Shown piece by piece: positions 35,472-48,600 of a stretch of DNA of 64,000 nucleotides. The notes beneath the pieces were generated by a model that made no database searches, was not told the origin of the DNA, and saw only the letters and a program-made list of their open reading frames with translations. Made by a program: the position numbers and the translations under genes. Numbering within the stretch: the first letter of the stretch is position 1; the number at the start of each line of letters is the position of its first letter. Source of the stretch: Schmidtea nova (Eukaryota); contig CM097882.1 in NCBI GenBank assembly GCA_044892505.1, positions 1 through 64,000 of the forward strand. The letters are read 5' to 3'.

Positions 35472-36395
35472 ATGAAATTTATTATTTGTGAAAATTTTGG
35501 AGACAGCATCCAGTTCTATACAGTCAGAGGTATTTGTTGCCTGCTCTTCGCCGGTTTCAATGGGGTCTTGCTATTGTTTCTGATAAATAATAGAATTGCC
35601 TCGACTTCCGGTATGTTGCTTATAAAGGTTCAAACCGTATTAGACATTCTGATTATTTGCATTGTTCCATTTTATAATTTTCAAAATGACCCCGTTTTCT
35701 CTTCATCGTTATTCTACGCAAATTTCTATTGTTTCATTTGGTATAACAACACGATATTTTGGCTTCTCGAATCGTGGAGCACGAACTTCCTGATTTTGAT
35801 AACCTTCGAGAGGTTCATTTGTATTGCTCTGCCTATGCGTTATAAACTCGTAACCATTTTTCACGTAAAATGTGCAATGCTAGGAGCGGTTTTATTTTCG
35901 ATGATTTATTTTACAGTCACTTTTTCAATTTATCAATTTGCGATAAAAATTGCATCAAATGAAACGGTCTTTTACCGATGCCCTTGCAAGTATTCGATCA
36001 AATTGTTGTTGGCTTATGAAATTTTACTTTCATTGGGTCCTCCAGGAGTATTTACAGTTTTGAATATTTGGACAATAATCGGGTTGAGGAAAATCAAAAA
36101 GAACAAAATGTTATTTAATATCGAAGTGATAAATCAGAGGAGGAGTGATTTATTTGTAAGATTTACGGCAGCAAATCTCATTTCAACATTTTGTTATGGG
36201 GTCCTTTTCTTTAGCCTTTCAATTGGATTATTTCAAAATGCAACGAAGGTTGTTCTCATAGACCCAAATCTCATCAAATATTATTTGACCAAAGGTTTCG
36301 TTTGTCTGTCCATCATCAACCCGATAGTTTACATAATCATGTTTAAGAAGTTTAGAAGTTTCCTTCTGAGTCTGTTGAAACTGAAACGACCCTAA
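35472..36395 (+). CDS. Single-exon class A (rhodopsin-like) GPCR, 307 aa
   Basis: Seven hydrophobic segments; TM3 ITFERFICIALPMRY (DRY-equivalent ERF); TM7 INPIVY..FKKFR (NPxxY and helix 8). Confidence 0.88.
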   Translation: MKFIICENFGDSIQFYTVRGICCLLFAGFNGVLLLFLINNRIASTSGMLLIKVQTVLDILIICIVPFYNFQNDPVFSSSLFYANFYCFIWYNNTIFWLLESWSTNFLILITFERFICIALPMRYKLVTIFHVKCAMLGAVLFSMIYFTVTFSIYQFAIKIASNETVFYRCPCKYSIKLLLAYEILLSLGPPGVFTVLNIWTIIGLRKIKKNKMLFNIEVINQRRSDLFVRFTAANLISTFCYGVLFFSLSIGLFQNATKVVLIDPNLIKYYLTKGFVCLSIINPIVYIIMFKKFRSFLLSLLKLKRP

Positions 36396-36762
36396 TTTGT
36401 GATAAATTAATTTTATCTTAATTTTTACTAACTGGTTTAAGTTCAAACTTTTTATCTAATTAATTAGAATTAAATCAGATATTTTCTATAATTATATTTT
36501 CTCTTTTATTTGTTATATTTTGTTTTTATCACTCTTGATAGAATTTAAATTTTAAAAAAATCAGGTTGTTTTAATTTTCATTAATTTTTTAAATTTTTAA
36601 AAAAATAAATTTCTTAGCTGAATGTTGCTGTTTATTTTGCATTTGAATGTTAAAACAAATTTTATTATGAATGCTTTTATATTTGCACGGAATTCCTTTT
36701 ACTTTCCTTTATAAATGAAATCATTCTACGCTAATTTACATATATTTACTATAAATATTTAA

Positions 36763-37016
36763 CACGTTGAGCCCCGCACTGTATAATCGTATTTCTCACG
36801 TACGAATTGCATACAAAATTTTTTAAATATTTTTTTAGTATACAATATTTTGAGTTAGAAATTTAAAAAACTTAAATTAATTGTTACTATTGAACATAAA
36901 TTATTTTTAAATCATGCCCACCAGTGGAAACATGGTGCCGAAGTAGAAAATACCGTGTGCCCACCCGTAGTGTTGTAGAAGAGTGGCCCATCGGTGAGCA
37001 TGAGGGGCTCAACTTG
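36763..37016. mobile_element. piggyBac-type MITE (254 bp)
   Basis: TTAA|CACGTTGAGCCCC...GGGGCTCAACTTG|TTAA (12/13 TIR match). Confidence 0.88.
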
Positions 37017-37084
37017 TTAAACAAAATTCGATATGAAATTTTAACAAACCTTCCAGTATTGGAAAATTTTATTAATTTATTTAT

Positions 37085-37245
37085 TTGATCAATAATTACA
37101 TTTCTTATCTTTGATCTCTTCGTTTATATTTCAGAAATTTTCATTTTTTATAAACTATGGATCAAATTTTTAAAAAGAATTTGTGTATTTTTTATAAAAA
37201 AAATTGATCTATAGTTTAAAAAAAATGAAATTTTCTGAAATATAT
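37085..37245. repeat. Decayed copy of the PLE-derived foldback repeat with the ribozyme core deleted
   Basis: ACTATGGATCAAATTTTT (-) and AAAAAATTGATCTATAGT (+) arms; flanks match ~57190-57420. Confidence 0.6.
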
Positions 37246-37254
37246 GTTTCTGTT

Positions 37255-37990
37255 GGTGCTCTGACCATAGGCGGGAACTCTATAGTAGTTGCTGGGCTCA
37301 TAATTAATTTTCTATCAGCGGGTGTAATTGAATAGTTCTCAGTGCGTAGATTACTAATGGCAGTAATAAACCCACGTGATCATTTGTATCATCGCCCGTA
37401 TCAAATTATTCGGCATTGATCGTTAGATTTTTAATTTTATTTGGAAGAGGAATTTCTTTCTTCCATGTTCACAGTTGAATGACCTTAAATTTCGCGGATT
37501 TCTCATACGCTTTGCTCTGATAGAAATAGTATTTGACAGCAATCATTTCCATTGATCGACGGTTGAGATCAGTTAATTGATCCATTAATAAATTGAAACA
37601 TTTTACTGAGTCTTTTTTCCGATCATTGTCAACTAAGAGAATTGGTAAATGCAAATGTAGAAATATTTCCACTTCAGACAATAGAAATTGAGATTGCTTG
37701 GAGCCTGAAAAAATTGTAAAACAGCTAAATCAGTTTCCATAGCTTCAGGCAAATACTCAGAAAAAATGTTTTTTTGAACATGTATTTGGATAATAACCGT
37801 CTACTAATCAAAGAGAAAATCTGCTCTCCAGTTTCTTTCTGATTCTGAAAATACTTCTAACAACCATGGTCATATAATGCAACTCTTGTTAAGACAAATT
37901 TTTCCACCAATTTAATTTGATTTCTAATATCTTCCAATGTTGGTAGGTTAATATCTTTAACAATTTCTACATTGGTTTTAACTAATTTTA
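37255..37990 (-). pseudogene. PSMD3: 26S proteasome lid subunit Rpn3/PSMD3, decayed 5' fragment
   Basis: PTLEDIRNQIKLVEK, EAMETD, EVEIFLHL...DLNRRSMEMIAVKYYFYQSKAYE match the recalled PSMD3 motifs ([38 protein letters not shown]). Multiple stops and frameshifts. Confidence 0.82.
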
Positions 37991-40900
37991 ATTTTTGGAT
38001 TTAAAACTGTAGTTATTATTGTTTCTGTCAGAAATTAATTCAAATAAATTAACTCGATTAGCTTAATAATTTATTTTTAAAAATCCACAAGTTTTTCTAT
38101 TTTTAAACAAACACAAATAAACAAAAGTACAGTTTTTAAAAAAAAAAACATTCAAAACAAAAAATTGACAATCGAATCAAAAGAAATTAAGCTACATTTT
38201 TAAGACACAACATCTTAAAAATTTGCGTGATAGAATTAATAATAACAACAGTTGTTGTCTTAATTATTATAATGAATTTTATATTAAATGTTGTAATTAT
38301 ATCTTTGTAATTATATTTATATTTTAAACATATCTACTTACCTCCCAAAACTGAAATTTTCAATTTTCAAATTTACTTTATTAAAAATATATTTATCTTT
38401 GAAAAAAATTATTTTACGTACATAAACGTCAACTTCACATAGCATAAGGATAATGGTTACTAGCTCAATTTTCACAAATTGTCCAATTGAATTATTATAA
38501 ATTAATTTATTTGCCGTGATTGTTTTAATGTTTGTCTTATGTAGGTAATTATATGTGACATATACGTTTGCTGAAATAATTCTTGTAGAAGTTGCATCTT
38601 TTCTATTATAAATGACGATTTAACTGACCAAGTAATCACTTTTCAACCAAGAAGCCGTTGAATTGTTATTATTATTGGAACAATCATTTACCCCTGTATC
38701 GTTTGAAAAAGAATTTGGTAATAGTTCCCATCATTATCTCGAAATGACTCTCCCAAAATGAAGGTTCATTTAAAAAAAATAAGATCAAAAATAAAACAAA
38801 ATTTATTACTTTTTGTAATTTAAAATTACAATTTATAACTATTTTTCAAGAATTTCTCTTAAATGTAAAATATGAAGATTTCAGGTCATTATAAATTTAC
38901 TGACAAATTGCCTGTAATCTTGCTTGAATTTATATAATTAATTGAAGAAAAAAATATTTAACAAAATAATAAAAAAATAACTCACATTTTGGATGAAATA
39001 ATTCCAAAATATTAAATATTTAAAAAATACTAAAATTGTTATATTAAACAAAAGAATTTTAACTTAAAAATTAAATCTAAAAATATGATAAAGACTAATA
39101 TGAAATATACTTAAATTAAATTCAGACACAATGCACTATGTATGGAGGGTTGACATTAATTAGACTATATAGTTTTTTAGCTCGACATCTGGCCCACATT
39201 TGGCAACATGAAAAACTTTATCACTTCCCTTGGCACCCGTTTCTTGACAAAGTTGGTACTGTAACGAGTGATGAATGAGCTTATAAAAGGTGAGCTGTGT
39301 CTTCGCGACTGCTAATGACCAGACAATTCATTGGGTTCAGGTACCACCGATAGAAAGTTATGGTACTCTTATTTTCTGGTACCTTTATCATGTATTTAGT
39401 TTGATATTTATTCATTATTACTTTCCTAAAATCAATCGACTTTGCTTTTAATCCTCAGGCCTATTTTTCCTTTTCTATTTCATTAATATTTTTTCTCGTC
39501 TTAAGTCGTTGTGAATTCAATAATATATCCCTAAAAAACCATTTCGGTTTCAAAAATTCAAAAGGCGACGAATAAAATTATTAACAGAAAAATAAAACAG
39601 AACGCTAATTACAATGACATTTATTTAAATTTTCTATCACAATTGCAGTTGGCCTGCTATCCTTACTACTTTGCACAATTGTTTTCTTTTACTTTCTATT
39701 TTCCCTGGTCTCGGTTTTCAAATCCTATCTTCTTTTATGACTCCATTCGTCGATGTATCTGCGTTATGGGGAAATAATTCTTTTTCAGAGTAAGACAAGG
39801 GTTTTATAGCCTTACTCATGGCATCTTGGTTAGTTGATTGGTTCTTTGATATTGTAGCCCTCATACCTTGATCTTTAGTGCATGAATCTCGATTTCATCT
39901 TGGCTCACTTTGGCTTTTAGAACTTTGATTTGTTTTGGTGTGTGTTGCATCTTTCGGGGTTCAAACCAAGTGTTTCTATTTTTAGGAATCGCTGTAGGAG
40001 ATCTGTAGCCCTTTTCTCTGCATCTAATATTTGTTGGCTCATCTCATTCAGAAAGGATTTTAACCTGTATTTTGTTGTGCATATCTATAAAATAAATAAG
40101 ATCTCATAGAAATTCGTATTTATCATAATAAGTCGTATCTTCTTAAACAAAACTGTAATGTTTTTCTTATTATCCACGCAAAGGTAAAACACAAAATCAA
40201 AGGTAAAAGCTACGGTGCCCGGAAATTTTATTGAAACGACACAATTAAAATCATTCTTTCACAGAAATCCTCGATGCTTTTCGTAATTTGCTACTATTAA
40301 CTGATCCTCCCGTAGCATTCATTTCTCCTTTCTATTTAAGAGACGACGTGTTCATATACCAGACTTATTCTTTGTCCTCTTGGTGGAATTAAATTTGCAT
40401 TCTTGTTGTTCTGACTGGCGTGAACTTTATCCTTGTACCTCAAATTCACTCGCAGCTTGTTGTCAAACATTAGAAGTCATTCTGGTTACGCTGGCTCTCG
40501 GTTGATAATAATAATCTTTGGAATCGAGTGAGTTTGATAATACTCCAAATAATACGGAAAATCATGTTCTCCTTCCAGAATGATGAGAAAGCCGAGTTCG
40601 TGGAACATCCTTCATGGCGTTTTTAGAGGCAGGATAGTGTCCATTCCCTTCATGAGCTCATGCTCTTACGTGAGGTTTGTCAGTACGCACTCTACTCCAG
40701 GGTAATCCATTCGAAGTTTCAGTGGATTTGAATATACTAGATAATTTGATTCGGTTCGTAACTACAGTTTAATGCTTATCGAATGACCTTATGTAATATG
40801 TAAATTACGCGAGGTAGCGGTAAACCGAATAAAATCTCCATTCTTCGGATTTGAACAGAAAATACACAGAAATCCAAATTTATTTTGGAATTTTCGACGA

Positions 40901-42149
40901 TTTGATACGTGATTAAAGCGGTTTGCCGGGTAAACTTTTCATTTGTGTCCAATATTTGTGCCCCCCCCGTTTTCTGTAGTTTTGTTTTGATATTAGGGCT
41001 GACGTCATTATATTTATTATCATTAAATGTGATCAATAAGTGATTTCATATGCAGATTTTATTTCAATTTGGTTCGGTAAATCGCTTTACTTGACTTGAT
41101 TTATTGAGCAAGTTAGTGACCCACGCTATGTTGATCATAATCATTAGAATGGTTTCTTCGTCATTGTGCATTCCATTTAGTTTTGGTTCGTTGTTATAAC
41201 TTTATTTTATCATTCTCGTCAATTCCGAGACGAATGACATATTTTGAAGGTTTTCGAGAGCAACTCCATTATGTTGGATGTTGCCGACTTAGTCACATTA
41301 ATAATTATAGTGCCTTTTACAAATTTGTAACCCATAAAGTTTTCGATGAGAAATTGTTTGCCATTTAACTCAAACTTGATAAATATAATGTCATCTTGCT
41401 CAAAACAATATTATTCTATAATATTATTTGAATATATTTTTTTTGAATTATCAATAGTTTTTATGACCTATTATTCAAACATTCTGTAATTCAACTTATT
41501 GATTATATTTTATATTTTCAATTTTATTTGAAATTAAAACTTTACAATCTCATTTTTTTGAATTTAATAAAATTTTGTAGTTTAATTTTTAAATCAATAT
41601 TTATTAAACTTATTTGACCAAATTTTTATATTAACATCTTACATCACTCGTTGGTAATTTAGCCCAGTCCTACCTGATGTAATCGAGGGCAAACTTCGCT
41701 CCGGAAGATCGAATCGTATATAATAAAAATAATGCAGTGTATTTTATTAGTCGAACTTTGAATCATCACTTTTATATTATATCAAACATAATGATTCGTT
41801 TCCTACTCTAGTTTTCGATCACATTCTATTTGACCTGTTCAATGTCCTTGATATTGGGGTTACATAACAATTCTGCTTATGACAGCATCTAAAAAGATAT
41901 CTCAGTAAGCTTCTTTCAGAATGTATATGTAATATGAACAGTTAAATGATTTTAAAACCTTCCCGGTGGTTTTACAGTGTTGGCCTCTCATTCCGCTCTG
42001 TAGCAACTGTTCATCACATGTTAACATAGTGGTCGTTCTCCGGCATTCCAAACTTAAGCATAAACTAAATTTATTTTGATAATATACGAATCTCCAATTC
42101 AGGGACATTTTCTGAACATATATTTGTGCGGGACATAAAGTTAGAATCC

Positions 42150-42188
42150 TGCACTGTCCCGCTGGATCCGGGACGAATGGTCACCCTA
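42150..42188 (-). mobile_element. Single DNA-transposon end (TAGGGTGACCA..GTCCCG type, hAT-like); duplicated at ~50535-50573
   Basis: GGGACGAATGGTCACCCTA with nearby GGGAC repeats. The partner end was not found. Confidence 0.5.
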
Positions 42189-43439
42189 ACAATATATACG
42201 ATTGTAAAAATTGTTATTAAAATATTAAAATATTTCAAAGCTCATTTTAATTGAGATTATTTGTCGACAAAACAAAGTTTCAACTATTTTAAATGATAGC
42301 AATTCAGGTTTTATTTTTATACATAAAGGTGTATATTTTAGTAAATTTAGATTGTAAAAGTAAATTAAGCAATGTTTTATTTGAATGTGAACCCAATTGC
42401 TACGCTAATCATAAGATTTTTAACTCAATAAAAATGGTCAACGATAATCCTTATTGAGATTTTTATTAATATTAGTGAGGCGTGAAATGTGATATTATGA
42501 AATGTATATGTATAAAGAAAACTGTTGAGCCCAGCCGAATCACCTGTAAAAACGTGTCAGGACAGCAGATGTGCGTGTTGGGTAAGCGTGTTTATGTGTG
42601 ATTGCGAGCATGTGTATTTATTCGATATAGTTTAATATTTAACAAAAACAGAATACAAAATAACAAAACTTTATTTCTAAGTAAGAACAAATTTAGAATT
42701 ACTCACAATAATAAAAATTGCATTTAATCTCGTATTTATACTATTTTTTTTGGCATTGCTTTTTCCAATCAATTCTTTTTTTGTTTCATTTATGTTCCTA
42801 TAGCAATTTTTTAATTACAATAGGAATTAATTTTTTATTTTTAACTCGAATTTTTTAATTTATTATTATTATAATTATAATAATTATTATAATCCCTACA
42901 ATAATTATGATAATAAATAAATTAATAGATAACAAAATAAGCCTTTGCTGCAAAATATGTTTTATTAATGGAAAATTTTCAATTATAAAATAATAATCCT
43001 CTTCAATCCTAATTCGAAATCTAATTGGTACCTTCATCCATTTCTGCTGATTCTTTCTCGTGAAATATTTTCTTTTTCTTTGCATGTTAAGCTGAATAAT
43101 ATAATTTTTAAATTTTAAAATCCTTTTTAATTAAAAATGTATTTTTGTTAAAAATTTAGAAATATAAAATAAACACTCTAAAATTAAAAAATTTTCGGAA
43201 TTCAAATAAAAAAAAAATTTTTTAATTTTTATCCTTTCTAAAATTTAAAATTTTTTTCCCTTTTATTGTCTGTATTCTATATTCTAATTTTCTAACCCTT
43301 TATTTTTGAATTTTTAAAAATTAATTTAATTATATGTTTATGAAATTCAGATATATTTTCTGTACTTTCTCTTTTTCTCCCCTTTTTTTCTTTTTTCTCT
43401 TTCTTCTTTGTAGAACAACATATTTTTTAACAAGGTAGT

Positions 43440-43690
43440 AAGTTGGCGGTTTCGCTTATTTCCTCTTTATAGTTTATTTTTGGTGTTTGTCTCTAATGAG
43501 AATATTTTCTTTCAGTCTGGGATTATTTTCATCGTTTTCGCTATTCAATATTCTCACTGATACTAAATTTTCTTTTTTTCCTGTCTGACATTGGTAATGA
43601 TGTCTATATACAGATGAATTTCCACCAGGATCAAGATGTTCTTTAATTCTCTGTTACAAAGTCCTGTTAGGGTCAGATCCTTGGCCCTAA
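43440..43690 (-). mobile_element. PLE GIY-YIG C-terminal fragment (duplicated at ~51825-52075)
   Basis: RTL*QRIKEHL...SSVYRHH..C...ILNSENDENNPRLKENILIR. Confidence 0.7.
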
Positions 43691-44599
43691 AGAATAAAAA
43701 AGCTAAGTTTCTAAAAATAGTAATAATAAATTACCTTATTTAGAATAATAGAATAAATAATTACTGAAAATAGATTATTAAATAAAACAATTACTATAAA
43801 TAGATTTAGGTTATTTTAGGTAATTGATAATATAGAAATAGTTAAAAATAGTAATTTTTTAATTACTAAAAATATAATAATGATTTTTATTGAGTATATA
43901 AATTCAAGATAAACAAAGAGAGCTGACCATAATTTCACAATAATTATTAGATTGAGTGTTGATAAAATAGAGGAAATCATTAGAAATCAGCGAGACGAAG
44001 GTTAATTTGTTTTAGACGAAGAATACTAGTTTGGGAGAGAAGCGAAATCGATTTATTTGAGTGAAGTTCTTTATAAAAAGATAAACAATTAGCGTGGTGG
44101 ATTAAGATTATTCGAGAATCGTCTGTTACAGTGTAATTTTATTTTTGATTAAAAAGTAAAGGGATTTTCAAAAAGCGACGGTTGATTACTTCCACAGTAT
44201 TAACCGTTTTCTAAGTAAAATAAAGTAAATGATAGTTTCAATTTTAGAAGTAGAGGGAAGCAATTATCGTTTCACCACTATTCGGATAGCCTCAAAATCA
44301 CATTCTTGCTTGCCTTTTTTCTCTCATTTGTGATAGTTATGTTACTCAGGTACCAACTATTTCTTTCAGGCTGGTAAAAACAGCAGGGATCAGTGTATCC
44401 ATATCTTTGTATTATCTTTCATAAATTCTAACACAACAACAGAGATTTTGTAAATTTTATTATTAATTAAACATTAGAAAAATTAATTGTCTTTGTTTTA
44501 TTTATTTAAATAGGAACTAGCAACTTACTAAATATAAATCATAATATTTCAAATTATTATTTATAAAAAACAGTTTTATTTAATATTGGAGTCAGCTGT

Positions 44600-45000
44600 G
44601 TTAAGATTAATAACCACCACTTTTGATCTTAACAGTCTGAAGGGTGCTTCCGATGTAAATTTCTTCGTATTTATTACACATGATGCTATAGACTATGTTC
44701 TTGTGGAAGCATATTTTCTTTAATTTTTGGCAGTTTGCCATCTTACAGGTATTTTCTTTTCGGGTTAAGCTCTTTGAATATTGTTAGCTAACGCTACTAG
44801 TATGATCTTGTAAATAGTGAGTAATCTGTTTTTACTTATATTGAGTGGATTATTGTTTGGGAAGATATTTATGAAGTTATATTTTATGAAAGGAAGATTT
44901 TGTAGAACCCAGTAGAGTCTCCTTAAAAAGATTGTTTCGAGACTGCTGGGGTGAATGTTATATTCATAATAGGATTGTGTGTTTGCGCGCTTGTGTTTGT
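44600..45000 (-). mobile_element. PLE linker / GIY-YIG N-terminal fragment (duplicated at ~52985-53385)
   Basis: CFHKNIVYSIMCNKYEEIYIGST. Confidence 0.65.
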
Positions 45001-45136
45001 ACAGAATATATTAATAAACAACCAACTTTAAACGATTAAAATTAAAAAATTTTATTGAATACGATTAAAGTTAACAGTTACTCACGTATGTTCAGATTAA
45101 AACACAGTAAATGTTCTCAAAAAAATGGATTTTATT

Positions 45137-45636
45137 NNNNNNNNNNNNNNNNNNNNNNNNNNNNNNNNNNNNNNNNNNNNNNNNNNNNNNNNNNNNNNNN
45201 NNNNNNNNNNNNNNNNNNNNNNNNNNNNNNNNNNNNNNNNNNNNNNNNNNNNNNNNNNNNNNNNNNNNNNNNNNNNNNNNNNNNNNNNNNNNNNNNNNNN
45301 NNNNNNNNNNNNNNNNNNNNNNNNNNNNNNNNNNNNNNNNNNNNNNNNNNNNNNNNNNNNNNNNNNNNNNNNNNNNNNNNNNNNNNNNNNNNNNNNNNNN
45401 NNNNNNNNNNNNNNNNNNNNNNNNNNNNNNNNNNNNNNNNNNNNNNNNNNNNNNNNNNNNNNNNNNNNNNNNNNNNNNNNNNNNNNNNNNNNNNNNNNNN
45501 NNNNNNNNNNNNNNNNNNNNNNNNNNNNNNNNNNNNNNNNNNNNNNNNNNNNNNNNNNNNNNNNNNNNNNNNNNNNNNNNNNNNNNNNNNNNNNNNNNNN
45601 NNNNNNNNNNNNNNNNNNNNNNNNNNNNNNNNNNNN
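45137..45636. other. Assembly gap (500 N) separating the tandem copies
   Basis: Run of N. Confidence 1.
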
Positions 45637-48600
45637 GTTGGTGCTCTGACCATAGGCGGGAACTCTATAGTAGTTGCTGGGCTCATAATTAATTTTCTAT
45701 CAGCGGGTGTAATTGAATAGTTCTCAGTGCGTAGATTACTAATGGCAGTAATAAACCCACGTGATCATTTGTATCATCGCCCGTATCAAATTATTCGGCA
45801 TTGATCGTTAGATTTTTAATTTTATTTGGAAGAGGAATTTCTTTCTTCCATGTTCACAGTTGAATGACCTTAAATTTCGCGGATTTCTCATACGCTTTGC
45901 TCTGATAGAAATAGTATTTGACAGCAATCATTTCCATTGATCGACGGTTGAGATCAGTTAATTGATCCATTAATAAATTGAAACATTTTACTGAGTCTTT
46001 TTTCCGATCATTGTCAACTAAGAGAATTGGTAAATGCAAATGTAGAAATATTTCCACTTCAGACAATAGAAATTGAGATTGCTTGGAGCCTGAAAAAATT
46101 GTAAAACAGCTAAATCAGTTTCCATAGCTTCAGGCAAATACTCAGAAAAAATGTTTTTTTGAACATGTATTTGGATAATAACCGTCTACTAATCAAAGAG
46201 AAAATCTGCTCTCCAGTTTCTTTCTGATTCTGAAAATACTTCTAACAACCATGGTCATATAATGCAACTCTTGTTAAGACAAATTTTTCCACCAATTTAA
46301 TTTGATTTCTAATATCTTCCAATGTTGGTAGGTTAATATCTTTAACAATTTCTACATTGGTTTTAACTAATTTTAATTTTTGGATTTAAAACTGTAGTTA
46401 TTATTGTTTCTGTCAGAAATTAATTCAAATAAATTAACTCGATTAGCTTAATAATTTATTTTTAAAAATCCACAAGTTTTTCTATTTTTAAACAAACACA
46501 AATAAACAAAAGTACAGTTTTTAAAAAAAAAAACATTCAAAACAAAAAATTGACAATCGAATCAAAAGAAATTAAGCTACATTTTTAAGACACAACATCT
46601 TAAAAATTTGCGTGATAGAATTAATAATAACAACAGTTGTTGTCTTAATTATTATAATGAATTTTATATTAAATGTTGTAATTATATCTTTGTAATTATA
46701 TTTATATTTTAAACATATCTACTTACCTCCCAAAACTGAAATTTTCAATTTTCAAATTTACTTTATTAAAAATATATTTATCTTTGAAAAAAATTATTTT
46801 ACGTACATAAACGTCAACTTCACATAGCATAAGGATAATGGTTACTAGCTCAATTTTCACAAATTGTCCAATTGAATTATTATAAATTAATTTATTTGCC
46901 GTGATTGTTTTAATGTTTGTCTTATGTAGGTAATTATATGTGACATATACGTTTGCTGAAATAATTCTTGTAGAAGTTGCATCTTTTCTATTATAAATGA
47001 CGATTTAACTGACCAAGTAATCACTTTTCAACCAAGAAGCCGTTGAATTGTTATTATTATTGGAACAATCATTTACCCCTGTATCGTTTGAAAAAGAATT
47101 TGGTAATAGTTCCCATCATTATCTCGAAATGACTCTCCCAAAATGAAGGTTCATTTAAAAAAAATAAGATCAAAAATAAAACAAAATTTATTACTTTTTG
47201 TAATTTAAAATTACAATTTATAACTATTTTTCAAGAATTTCTCTTAAATGTAAAATATGAAGATTTCAGGTCATTATAAATTTACTGACAAATTGCCTGT
47301 AATCTTGCTTGAATTTATATAATTAATTGAAGAAAAAAATATTTAACAAAATAATAAAAAAATAACTCACATTTTGGATGAAATAATTCCAAAATATTAA
47401 ATATTTAAAAAATACTAAAATTGTTATATTAAACAAAAGAATTTTAACTTAAAAATTAAATCTAAAAATATGATAAAGACTAATATGAAATATACTTAAA
47501 TTAAATTCAGACACAATGCACTATGTATGGAGGGTTGACATTAATTAGACTATATAGTTTTTTAGCTCGACATCTGGCCCACATTTGGCAACATGAAAAA
47601 CTTTATCACTTCCCTTGGCACCCGTTTCTTGACAAAGTTGGTACTGTAACGAGTGATGAATGAGCTTATAAAAGGTGAGCTGTGTCTTCGCGACTGCTAA
47701 TGACCAGACAATTCATTGGGTTCAGGTACCACCGATAGAAAGTTATGGTACTCTTATTTTCTGGTACCTTTATCATGTATTTAGTTTGATATTTATTCAT
47801 TATTACTTTCCTAAAATCAATCGACTTTGCTTTTAATCCTCAGGCCTATTTTTCCTTTTCTATTTCATTAATATTTTTTCTCGTCTTAAGTCGTTGTGAA
47901 TTCAATAATATATCCCTAAAAAACCATTTCGGTTTCAAAAATTCAAAAGGCGACGAATAAAATTATTAACAGAAAAATAAAACAGAACGCTAATTACAAT
48001 GACATTTATTTAAATTTTCTATCACAATTGCAGTTGGCCTGCTATCCTTACTACTTTGCACAATTGTTTTCTTTTACTTTCTATTTTCCCTGGTCTCGGT
48101 TTTCAAATCCTATCTTCTTTTATGACTCCATTCGTCGATGTATCTGCGTTATGGGGAAATAATTCTTTTTCAGAGTAAGACAAGGGTTTTATAGCCTTAC
48201 TCATGGCATCTTGGTTAGTTGATTGGTTCTTTGATATTGTAGCCCTCATACCTTGATCTTTAGTGCATGAATCTCGATTTCATCTTGGCTCACTTTGGCT
48301 TTTAGAACTTTGATTTGTTTTGGTGTGTGTTGCATCTTTCGGGGTTCAAACCAAGTGTTTCTATTTTTAGGAATCGCTGTAGGAGATCTGTAGCCCTTTT
48401 CTCTGCATCTAATATTTGTTGGCTCATCTCATTCAGAAAGGATTTTAACCTGTATTTTGTTGTGCATATCTATAAAATAAATAAGATCTCATAGAAATTC
48501 GTATTTATCATAATAAGTCGTATCTTCTTAAACAAAACTGTAATGTTTTTCTTATTATCCACGCAAAGGTAAAACACAAAATCAAAGGTAAAAGCTACGG

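Larger units (their letters stand above)
37252..45136 (+). repeat. Copy A of a 7.9-kb tandem duplication
   Basis: ORFs recur at a constant +8385 offset (37469/45854, 40776/49161, 42855/51240). Confidence 0.98.

Noticed and set aside
39120-40800. Possible degenerate LTR-retrotransposon gag (RCREKGY knuckle-like) on -
   Set aside because: Too many stops and no PBS or clear pol motifs, so it is not listed as a feature.
42855-43085. 76-aa ORF with a homolog at 56257-56469 as a conserved gene
   Set aside because: Part of a dispersed repeat adjoining PLE fragments; the two copies differ by a frameshift and end in low-complexity sequence.
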